A stretch of 26,399 nucleotides of DNA, taken from positions 1 to 26,399 of IMG/VR virus record IMGVR_UViG_3300005611_000171; one strand, given 5' to 3'. The notes under the pieces are model-generated. The model was not told the origin of the DNA and ran no database searches. It was given only the letters and a program-made list of their open reading frames with translations. Position numbers and translations under genes: made by a program. This document shows, piece by piece, positions 6,635 to 14,371 of this stretch (position 1 is the first letter of the stretch; each line of letters starts with the position of its first letter). The stretch is from a virus (taxonomy: Duplodnaviria; Caudoviricetes).

Positions 6635-7034
6635 TGTGCCGGACGGATGTTGCAAGCATCCTAGTAGACCGGACTGAAGAACAAAGGAAGATTGACCAGT
6701 GTCCACATTCCGGCACAGGGTTTATTGTAGCGAATCCGCTACATTTCTCAACACTTCAGTCATTCCGTCCGTAATACAGTCGCATTGTGCTGTAGCGCGA
6801 AAAAGCAAGACTTTGCAGCCTGACCTTTGAGGACGGGACAAACAGCGTAAAAGGTGACCAGTATACACATGGTGTATACACGGTGAGGCAGGTGTTACGA
6901 GCCTGACGGAGAAACCCCGTAAGAATCGTTGCTGATGACTAGGCGCAAACGGACTAATTGCTAGATAAACACATTGAGGTATGGGTGAGGTCACCTAATA
7001 GTCCTCTAAATGACAACTATGGCCTGAAGAAAGT
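6635..7034 (+). ncRNA. Long structured non-coding leader or RNA
   Basis: The only large coding gap in the window. Stems at 6635-43/6709-17, 6645-49/6657-61, 6726-32/6737-43, 6861-68/6872-79, 6852-59/6989-96, 6951-56/6999-7004. Confidence 0.55.
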
Positions 7035-7505
7035 ATGGACAATCAAGATAAACAAAGTTGGTGTGAATACGGAGAAGACCTAGAAAAGCAATTCCTGGTT
7101 GATGTTTCCGATTATCCAGTTTCGTTTATGCGTAATCCTGCAAAATCTGAGAACAAGTACACTCATGACTTCTACGGTATGTTCCCTGTTGATCTAAAGA
7201 CGATTCAAACAAAATTTAGAACAGCAGATCGGTATGGCATTGACCCAGATTACGCAATCACGATCAATCGCAAAGACATTGAAAGATATTACAGACTGTA
7301 CAAGAACATCATTTTAATCCTTGATATTCGATTTGAGTCAGATCACAGTATCAGGTTCGTGTCGCTGCAAACGCTTGTGCGTCACATTAAAAACAACAAT
7401 GCCAAAGAGCATTTCTATAAAGATCGAGTTGACGACAATCAAGGCAATGCAAAATCTAGCTTTGTTTTTGATTATCGATGGTTCGATGAATTACAACAGA
7501 GGTAA
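7035..7505 (+). CDS. Putative PD-(D/E)XK-type nuclease
   Basis: GEDLEKQF helix, then HD...VDLK spacing compatible with a restriction-endonuclease-like fold. Looks AT-richer than its neighbours by eye. Confidence 0.45.
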   Translation: MDNQDKQSWCEYGEDLEKQFLVDVSDYPVSFMRNPAKSENKYTHDFYGMFPVDLKTIQTKFRTADRYGIDPDYAITINRKDIERYYRLYKNIILILDIRFESDHSIRFVSLQTLVRHIKNNNAKEHFYKDRVDDNQGNAKSSFVFDYRWFDELQQR

Positions 7506-7507
7506 AA

Positions 7508-8998
7508 ATGGAACTAAGACCGCATCAACAAAAGGCGGTGCAGATGTTAAGGGAATCGATAGCCAGAGGTAACAAAAGACCTTTGCTTGCAGCACCATGC
7601 AGTTTTGGCAAGACCATCACTGCCGCATACATCCTTAAATCTGCGCTAGAGAAAGGGAAACGTGGAATCTTTATCTGTGATCGGGTGAAGCTAGTTCAGC
7701 AAAGTCTGGAAGCGTTCGACAGACATGAACTGCCATTTGGCGTGATTCAAGGCATCCATGAACTCAATGACCCTAGACAACCAATACAGATCGCATCAGT
7801 ACAGACGCTTGCAAGACGCAGACAAGTCGATTTCGACATCGCTATCGTTGACGAGTGCCATGTACACTACGAGACAGTGACGAAATACATGGAGATGTAC
7901 AGCAATGTCCCATTCATCGGACTCAGTGCAACACCTTATTCAAGAAGTCTCGGTCTATACTATGACGACCTCATTCTTCCGATCACTCCACGCGAATTAC
8001 TGGACAAAGGACACCTCTGCCCAATTCACTATTACGGTGGTAAACGTCCTGACCTATCTGGTGTTGGAAGAAGACGAATCAGAACAGGAGGATCAGACTA
8101 CGACCCAGATTCATTAGGTAAAGCCTATGAAGACGACAAATCACTAGTAGGCGACATCATCTACAACTGGTTGCAACACGGTGAAGATAGCCAGACCATC
8201 GCATTTAGTCCAAGCATTAAGCACAGCAAATACCTAGTTGAGAAGTTCAATCTTGCCGGAATCCCTGCTGTCCACATTGACGGTTACATGGACGATGAAG
8301 AACGCCAGATCATCTATGAGGCGCATGATCGAGGCGAGTACAAGATTCTCAGTTGCTCACGGTTGCTCAATACAGGCTATGACGCACCATCTGTCAGATG
8401 CTTGATCGACTGCTATCCCACACAATCCAAAATCACCTTAGTCCAGAGATACGGAAGGGTGCAAAGGACATCACCTGGTAAGGACTACGCAATCATCCTA
8501 GACCACGCGAGTAACGTACAGAGACACGGATTTATCGAGGACATCATCCCAGAATCATTGGATGACGGATCGCAGCGATTTAACGAAAAGAACCAACTGA
8601 AGAAGGAGAAGAAAGAACCCAAGGTACGCGAATGTCCGCAATGCACACGCCAGTTTATCGGCATCAAGTGTGACTGTGGTTATGAGATACCCATGCAAGA
8701 ACGGATTGTCACTGACGATCAAATCCTGACTAAGCTAAACAACAACAATTATTCACAAGAACGGAAGGCTGAGTGGCTAGGCGAGTTATACTTGTATGCA
8801 CACCAGAAAGGTAAATCAGAAGGTTGGGCAAACCATAAGTTCAAAGCCAAGTTTGGCGAATGGCCTAATCGACTGAAGCCAGTGTTGGCAATGGCGGTAT
8901 CAGAAGATGTCCGTAAATTTATCCAACACCAAAATATTAAATACATCAAGGGACGACAAAAACATGAGTCTAGAAACTATCTTGGCGAGGCTGTCTAA
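7508..8998 (+). CDS. Superfamily 2 (DExH) DNA helicase with C-terminal Zn ribbon
   Basis: LRPHQ Q-motif, APCSFGKT, DECH, LSATP, TGYDAP, QRYGRVQR, CPQC..CDCG. Confidence 0.92.
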   Translation: MELRPHQQKAVQMLRESIARGNKRPLLAAPCSFGKTITAAYILKSALEKGKRGIFICDRVKLVQQSLEAFDRHELPFGVIQGIHELNDPRQPIQIASVQTLARRRQVDFDIAIVDECHVHYETVTKYMEMYSNVPFIGLSATPYSRSLGLYYDDLILPITPRELLDKGHLCPIHYYGGKRPDLSGVGRRRIRTGGSDYDPDSLGKAYEDDKSLVGDIIYNWLQHGEDSQTIAFSPSIKHSKYLVEKFNLAGIPAVHIDGYMDDEERQIIYEAHDRGEYKILSCSRLLNTGYDAPSVRCLIDCYPTQSKITLVQRYGRVQRTSPGKDYAIILDHASNVQRHGFIEDIIPESLDDGSQRFNEKNQLKKEKKEPKVRECPQCTRQFIGIKCDCGYEIPMQERIVTDDQILTKLNNNNYSQERKAEWLGELYLYAHQKGKSEGWANHKFKAKFGEWPNRLKPVLAMAVSEDVRKFIQHQNIKYIKGRQKHESRNYLGEAV

Positions 8999-9353
8999 GG
9001 TTCGCAAATCTAATCGTGGATACATGGCTTGCTGCCCAGTTCATGATGACAAGAATCCAAGCATGACAATTACTGAGACTGACGATGGAAAGGTGCTATG
9101 CCACTGCTTCAGTTGTGGTGCGCGTGGATCAGATGTCGTTGAGGCGTTAGATCTGACACCAGGCGAGTTGTTTTCAGGTGAGTTCACGGGAACATACGAT
9201 GCCAAGTGCAAGCTCCGCAAAACAGAACTAGAAGACAACATGGTTGTCACGATTTACGAGCAAGATAAGAAAGCAGGTAAATACCTGACGCATGGCGACT
9301 ATAAGCGTTACAAGTTAGCCAAGGCGCGGATCGAACAACTAGAAGCGATATAA
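8964..9353 (+). CDS. Stand-alone CHC2 (primase-type) zinc-finger protein
   Basis: CCPVHDDKNPSM...CHCFSCG. 129 aa with no TOPRIM domain. Start moved to ATG 8964. Confidence 0.8.
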   Translation: MSLETILARLSKVRKSNRGYMACCPVHDDKNPSMTITETDDGKVLCHCFSCGARGSDVVEALDLTPGELFSGEFTGTYDAKCKLRKTELEDNMVVTIYEQDKKAGKYLTHGDYKRYKLAKARIEQLEAI

Positions 9354-9370
9354 GACTAATGTCTAATACA
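9351..9370. promoter_or_regulatory. Operator-like palindrome, copy 3
   Basis: TAAGACTAATGTCTAATACA, 18/20 identical to 5949-5968. Confidence 0.6.
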
Positions 9371-9386
9371 AGGCAGACCAGATAAA

Positions 9387-9392
9387 TATAAT
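9387..9392 (+). promoter_or_regulatory. Consensus -10 box without a recognisable -35
   Basis: TATAAT lies 20 nt downstream of the palindrome and upstream of RBS AAGGAG at 9411. Confidence 0.5.
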
Positions 9393-9422
9393 ACTCTGGC
9401 TGTCTTACATAAGGAGCGACAC

Positions 9423-9581
9423 ATGGATACATTATTTTTAGCCTTGGTTTTTGGCACAGCCTTAATCTTCACGCTGATCTTCTCAGCAGCGATCAACTGG
9501 CTACTCAAGCGTTACTTTGGTGTTAGCATCTACCCAGAAGATTTCTTTAAGTCGGACAAAGAGGTTTGGAAGAAATGGTAG
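9423..9581 (+). CDS. Small single-pass membrane protein (52 aa; not in the ORF track)
   Basis: MDTLFLALVFGTALIFTLIFSAAINWLLKRYFGVSIYPEDFFKSDKEVWKKW. Strong RBS AAGGAG 6 nt upstream. Confidence 0.7.
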   Translation: MDTLFLALVFGTALIFTLIFSAAINWLLKRYFGVSIYPEDFFKSDKEVWKKW

Positions 9582-9754
9582 ACATACATGAGGCTGCTGA
9601 AACGCTATTTCAGAAGAAATGTCCTCACTGTGGCGATCAATGCACTGACTACTACTGGTGCAAGCACTGTGGCGACATCACGCTGTTAGACGAGTATCAA
9701 GACGATCAGTTGGATAAGGTTGGTAATGAACATCAACGAAATAAAAAGATTTGA
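9575..9754 (+). CDS. Small zinc-finger protein
   Basis: CPHCGD...CKHCGD. ATG 9575 is in frame with track ORF 9566. Confidence 0.6.
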   Translation: MVDIHEAAETLFQKKCPHCGDQCTDYYWCKHCGDITLLDEYQDDQLDKVGNEHQRNKKI

Positions 9755-9926
9755 TTGTCCGTTCAAGGCACTCGATGAAGCAAAGCGTAGCCTAAAAGCT
9801 AAAGGCTTTGGTGAGCGACATATCCTGCAAACCCAGAATGGTCTATATCGCATCATCAATCCACGCACCCAGATTAACAAATACTGCATGGTTGTCGCAC
9901 GACTCTATCATCCAGACATATCGTGA
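9726..9926 (+). CDS. Hypothetical protein
   Basis: ATG 9726 with TAAGGT upstream, in frame with track ORF 9720. Confidence 0.55.
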   Translation: MNINEIKRFDCPFKALDEAKRSLKAKGFGERHILQTQNGLYRIINPRTQINKYCMVVARLYHPDIS

Positions 9927-9932
9927 TATAAT
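9924..9932 (+). promoter_or_regulatory. Extended -10 promoter, candidate for the packaging/structural operon
   Basis: Perfect TG-A-TATAAT in the last gap before the DUF3310, MTase, terminase and morphogenesis genes. Confidence 0.6.
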
Positions 9933-9995
9933 TAGCTCTACTGGACAGGCAGGAGAAATCCTTGCTCAATGAGCAGGTAACCTGGTGGAGCTAAA

Positions 9996-10220
9996 ATGTC
10001 AGATTCCGTAAATCATCCTAGTCATTACACGCAAGGCAGTATTGAATGCATTGATGCGATGAAGGCGTGTTCATCCCGCGAAGAATTCCTTGGTTATCTA
10101 CGTCTAACCCATATGAAGTACAACTGGCGCGTCAACCACAAGCATGGCAATCCAGTAGAAGACGCACAGAAGGCACAATGGTTCTGGGATCGGTATGTAG
10201 AGGAGTTGACTAATGGCTGA
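9996..10220 (+). CDS. DUF3310 family protein (SaV / T7 gp1.7-related)
   Basis: DSVNHPSHY..G.IECIDA...KY.WR...K....ED..KA.W signature. Confidence 0.85.
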   Translation: MSDSVNHPSHYTQGSIECIDAMKACSSREEFLGYLRLTHMKYNWRVNHKHGNPVEDAQKAQWFWDRYVEELTNG

Positions 10221-11427
10221 GTTGAAAGTTACCTATTGCGATCCTGCCGACATCATTCCGTATGCAATGAACAGCCGTACACATAGTGACGAACAGGTTG
10301 CTCAAGTCGCTGCAAGCATCAAAGAGTTCGGTTTCACCAATCCAATCCTAGTCGATGAGTTCAACGTGATTATTGCAGGTCACGGACGCTTAATGGCTGC
10401 CAAGAAGCTAGGACTCGATCAAGTCCCTACCATTACGCTAGAAGGTCTGACAGAAGCGCAGCGCAAAGCATACGTCATCGCTGACAACAAAATTGCACTC
10501 AACGCAGGTTGGGATGATCAAGCACTACAAACAGAGTTAGAACGCTTGCAGGAGCTAGACTTTGATCTGGCACTGACAGGTTTTGATCCTGACGAATTGG
10601 CAAAACTGCTAGAACCTGAGCAAATTCAAGGACTTACGGACGAAGATGGAGTGCCGGAAGTACCTGATGATCCAGTGAGCAAGGAAGGCGACATCTGGGT
10701 GTGCGGTAACCATCGTGTGATGTGTGGTGATAGCACGAGTATTGATGCGGTAGAGCGGCTGATGGATGGGCGGAAGGCTGATATGGTTTACACCGATCCA
10801 CCGTATGGCATTTCAATTGTTAAGGGTGGGTCAATTAACGGCTCAAAACCTTTTGGCAGTGTGGGCGGCGAAAAATTAGCAAAAGTTGGAAGTTACGCAC
10901 CGGTTAAGGGTGACGACAGCATTGACGTAGCCGTTGGTTCTATCGGTGTAATTAAAACTCTTGGCGCAAAAGTTGAGATTGTTTGGGGTGGAAATTATTA
11001 TGCCAATGTCCTAGAAAACTCATCTTGCTGGATAGTTTGGGATAAAGACAACACTGGAAATTTTGCTGATGCCGAATTAGCTTGGACTAATCAAAAAACT
11101 GCGGTTCGTGTTTTTAAGCATACTTGGAACGGAATGATTAAAGCATCCGAGCATGGGCAAAAAAGAGTTCACCCAACTCAAAAACCGATTGTACTGGCAG
11201 AGTGGTGTTTTGACAATTACGGTAAAGAGTGCCAAAACGTTGTGGATTTATTTGGCGGTTCTGGCTCAACTCTTATGGCGTGTGAAACCCGAAACAAAAT
11301 CGGATTTGTGATGGAACTGGCTAGCGCATACTGCGACATCATCATCAAACGATGGCAAGACTTCACTGGCAAAGAGGCAGTGCTAGAATCTACTGGTCAG
11401 ACTTTCAACGAGGTGTGTAATGGCTAA
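10213..11427 (+). CDS. ParB-like N-terminal domain fused to N6/N4 DNA methyltransferase (beta class)
   Basis: N-terminus: NSRTHSDEQVAQVAASIKEFGFTNPIL, IAGHGRL, IADNK. C-terminus: DPPY, HPTQKP, DLFGGSGST. Confidence 0.9.
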   Translation: MAELKVTYCDPADIIPYAMNSRTHSDEQVAQVAASIKEFGFTNPILVDEFNVIIAGHGRLMAAKKLGLDQVPTITLEGLTEAQRKAYVIADNKIALNAGWDDQALQTELERLQELDFDLALTGFDPDELAKLLEPEQIQGLTDEDGVPEVPDDPVSKEGDIWVCGNHRVMCGDSTSIDAVERLMDGRKADMVYTDPPYGISIVKGGSINGSKPFGSVGGEKLAKVGSYAPVKGDDSIDVAVGSIGVIKTLGAKVEIVWGGNYYANVLENSSCWIVWDKDNTGNFADAELAWTNQKTAVRVFKHTWNGMIKASEHGQKRVHPTQKPIVLAEWCFDNYGKECQNVVDLFGGSGSTLMACETRNKIGFVMELASAYCDIIIKRWQDFTGKEAVLESTGQTFNEVCNG

Positions 11428-11791
11428 GAAGGGCAGACAAGGTGAAGGTGGCGGCAGACCTCCTGTCGTATTCGATGAGGCCAAGATTGCACAGGTAGAA
11501 GCACTTTCGGCTGTATTGAGTAAGAAGCAATTAGCTGACTATTTCGGTATCTGTGAGAATACATTGCGTGAAGTGGAAGGTAGACAACCGGAGGTTTCTG
11601 AGGCGTATCAAAAAGGTAGGGGCAAAGCTATCGCAGGTGTTGGCTCTAATCTGATCGCACAGGCGCGTAATGGCAACGTGGCAGCAGCTATCTTTTACTT
11701 AAAGACACAAGCAGGTTGGAAGGAAGATTCCAAGCAATCAGAAGGCATACGAATTTACGAAAGACCGCAATGCGAAGATGAAGCTAACTAG
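11420..11791 (+). CDS. terS: Terminase small subunit
   Basis: GRPP, HTH (KQLADYFGICENTL), GNVAAAIFYLK..AGW. Directly upstream of TerL. Confidence 0.75.
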   Translation: MAKKGRQGEGGGRPPVVFDEAKIAQVEALSAVLSKKQLADYFGICENTLREVEGRQPEVSEAYQKGRGKAIAGVGSNLIAQARNGNVAAAIFYLKTQAGWKEDSKQSEGIRIYERPQCEDEAN

Positions 11792-12992
11792 ACCTCAATA
11801 CAATATTTTCAACGACAGCAATCGGTTTAGAGTCGTTGTCGCAGGTAGGCGATTCGGGAAAACATTCTTATCGATCTGCGAACTGATTGATGTGGCAGTA
11901 CCTAACCCAGGCAGCAATTGTTGGTATGTAGCTCCAACATACAAAGCAGCCAAAGAGATTGCATGGGATATGTTGATTTCGTATATCGCTCCGGAATGGA
12001 TTCGTAAGAGTAACGAGACATCGCTGACACTAACGCTAATTAACGGATCAACGATTGCACTCAAAGGTGCAGAGAAGCCAGACAACTTGCGTGGACGTAG
12101 CCTGGACTTTGTAGTCTTGGACGAGTTCGCAGATATGAAGCCAGAGGCTTGGTATGAAGTTCTTAGACCGTCTTTATCAGATCGACAAGGATCAGCCTTA
12201 TTCATTGGTACGCCTAAAGGACGCAATCACTTTTATGATCTGTGGACACAAGGCGCAGACGGAAATCCTGATTGGGAAGCATTTCAGTACACAACCATCG
12301 ATGGCGGACAAGTCGCACCAGAAGAAATTGAAGCAGCCAAGCGAGACTTAGACGAACGCACCTTCAACCAAGAGTACAACGCCCAGTTCGTTAACTATCA
12401 AGGAATCATTTACTACAACTTTGATAGGACGGAATCTGTTAGCAAGATCACGGACGATGACTCAATGCTACACATCGGCATGGACTTTAACCTTGATCCG
12501 ATGTCGGCTGTTGTCGCTATACGTGATGGTTCTACTCTAAAGATCATTGATGAGATTGTTATTTACGGATCAAACACGGATGAGATAGTCGATGAAATCA
12601 AAACGAGGTTTCCGTCACGGCAGATTTGCGTTTACCCCGATCCTGCCGCAAGACAGCGAAAAACCAGTGCCGGAGGACGAACAGACCTATCGATCCTTCA
12701 GAACGCAGGATTCGCAGTTAAGGTCAGAGAGCGACACTCAGCGATCAGAGACAGAATCAACTCAGTCAACGCCAGACTCAAGTCAGCAGACGGACAAAGA
12801 CACTTAGTGATTGATCCACGCTGCAAGCAAGTCATCAAGTCACTAGAGCGACAGACGTACAAAGAAGGCACAAGTCAGCCAGATAAAGATTCAGGATTTG
12901 ACCACATGAATGATGCCTTGGGCTATTTAATTGATTTCTTGTACCCAATCAAGAGACAATATGACATACCTCAACCTACTAGGTGGACTTAA
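11778..12992 (+). CDS. terL: Terminase large subunit
   Basis: Walker A AGRRFGKT, LRG, Walker B VVLDE, GTPKG, nuclease motifs GMDFN and DHMNDALGY. Confidence 0.95.
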   Translation: MKLTRPQYNIFNDSNRFRVVVAGRRFGKTFLSICELIDVAVPNPGSNCWYVAPTYKAAKEIAWDMLISYIAPEWIRKSNETSLTLTLINGSTIALKGAEKPDNLRGRSLDFVVLDEFADMKPEAWYEVLRPSLSDRQGSALFIGTPKGRNHFYDLWTQGADGNPDWEAFQYTTIDGGQVAPEEIEAAKRDLDERTFNQEYNAQFVNYQGIIYYNFDRTESVSKITDDDSMLHIGMDFNLDPMSAVVAIRDGSTLKIIDEIVIYGSNTDEIVDEIKTRFPSRQICVYPDPAARQRKTSAGGRTDLSILQNAGFAVKVRERHSAIRDRINSVNARLKSADGQRHLVIDPRCKQVIKSLERQTYKEGTSQPDKDSGFDHMNDALGYLIDFLYPIKRQYDIPQPTRWT

Positions 12993-12994
12993 CC

Positions 12995-14371
12995 GTGTCT
13001 CAGGAAATTACTTATACCCATCCCGACTACAATGATTATGTAGACCAGTGGGAATTTCACCTGCGTTCATATCTAGGTGGCGAGCATTACAAAGACGGAC
13101 AATACCTGGTTCAATACATTCAAGAAGACAAGAATGATTACGCAAGACGGTTAGACCTAACGCCAATCGATAACCACTGCGCTAACGTCATTCACATCTA
13201 TTCATCATTCCTATGGCGTACACCACCAGTTCGCCAGTACAACTCACTAGAGAATAATCCTGTTCTGCTGCCAATGATGCGTGACGTTGACCTAGATGGA
13301 CGTTCGCTCGATACGTTCATGAAGCAAGCACAGATTTGGTCTGCTGTTTACGGTCATGTCTGGATCGTAGTAGACAAGCCTAAATCCAATGCAGGGACTC
13401 GCGCTGAAGAACTAGCGCAAGACATCCGTCCGTATCTGAATCTGTACACACCTGAGAACGTGTTTGACTGGAAATGGGAACGCACAGAATCAGGCCGACA
13501 GAAGTTGGTCTATCTGAAGCTGCGTGAAGAAGTCATGCGTGAAGACGCTACTGAAACCATCACACACTTCCGTATCTGGACAGAAGAAACCGTTGAACTC
13601 TATGAGGTCAGCAACGAGACAGAACGCCTACTAGAGTCGATGGATAACCCAATCGGTTATATTCCTGCTGTGTATCTTCCTGCTGCTCGCACTGTTACCA
13701 AAGGTATCGGCAAGTCTGACATCGCTGACATCGCATTGATGCAGAAGGCGATCTATCAAGAACTGTCAGAGATTGAGCAGTTGATCCGTATATCTAACCA
13801 CCCAACATTGGTGAAGACTTACGACACTGACGCATCAGCAGGGGCAGGTGGCATTGTCCATATGCCTGATGAACTCGATCCAAACCTCAAGCCATTCATG
13901 CTGCAACCTAGCGGTCAGAACCTATCTGCGATTCACGAATCAATGAAGGCTAAGGTAGAGGCAATCAATCGCATGGCACACTTAGGTGCTGTTCGTGGTA
14001 CTGACGCTGTGAAGGCATCAGGTATTGCTTTGCAGACTGAGTTCCAATTACTGAATGCTCGATTAGCTGAGAAGGCTGATCTACTCCAGTTGGCAGAAGA
14101 ACAAATCTGGTTCTACGTTTGCATCTGGTCTGGCGTCACACCTGACGTTGAAGTGAATTACCCTGATTCGTTCGACATCCGTGATTACCCGAATGAACTG
14201 TTGTTCTTGCAACAGGCTCGCGCATCTGGCGTTCAATCACCTACGTTCACCCGTGAAGTCGATAAGATGATCGTTGACCTGGTACTTGATGACGAGCTAC
14301 TGCATCAGGCACATGAGGAAATCGATGCTGCTAGAACGCTTGGAGACTTCAGTCCAACTGAAGAACAGTAA
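12995..14371 (+). CDS. Portal protein
   Basis: ~458 aa directly after TerL, with DVDLDG, YGHVWIVVD, SDIADIA and SGIAL motifs. GTG 12995 has AGGTGGA upstream (track start 12983). Confidence 0.85.
   Translation: MSQEITYTHPDYNDYVDQWEFHLRSYLGGEHYKDGQYLVQYIQEDKNDYARRLDLTPIDNHCANVIHIYSSFLWRTPPVRQYNSLENNPVLLPMMRDVDLDGRSLDTFMKQAQIWSAVYGHVWIVVDKPKSNAGTRAEELAQDIRPYLNLYTPENVFDWKWERTESGRQKLVYLKLREEVMREDATETITHFRIWTEETVELYEVSNETERLLESMDNPIGYIPAVYLPAARTVTKGIGKSDIADIALMQKAIYQELSEIEQLIRISNHPTLVKTYDTDASAGAGGIVHMPDELDPNLKPFMLQPSGQNLSAIHESMKAKVEAINRMAHLGAVRGTDAVKASGIALQTEFQLLNARLAEKADLLQLAEEQIWFYVCIWSGVTPDVEVNYPDSFDIRDYPNELLFLQQARASGVQSPTFTREVDKMIVDLVLDDELLHQAHEEIDAARTLGDFSPTEEQ

Noticed and set aside
6635-6717. 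tRNA or tmRNA
   Set aside because: The size is tRNA-like, but there is no T-loop GTTCRA, D-loop pattern or CCA end.
6306-6994. Minus-strand ORFs 6306..6557, 6512..6706 and 6722..6994
   Set aside because: No recognisable motifs or clear RBS. They oppose the genome-wide orientation and overlap better-supported plus-strand features.
6900-7004. Group I intron core suggested by a GACTA/TAGTC P7-like pair next to a nuclease ORF
   Set aside because: P3, P4 and J8/7 are not convincing and no interrupted gene flanks the region. A cmsearch with group I models would settle it.
6674-7030. Hammerhead ribozyme suggested by CTGAAGA (6674, 7024) and CTGATGA (6932)
   Set aside because: No correctly placed stem II-GAAA-stem III-UH arrangement could be built for any copy.
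9627-9675. Direct repeat CACTGTGGCGA (two copies)
   Set aside because: Explained by the two HCGD knuckles of the zinc-finger protein.
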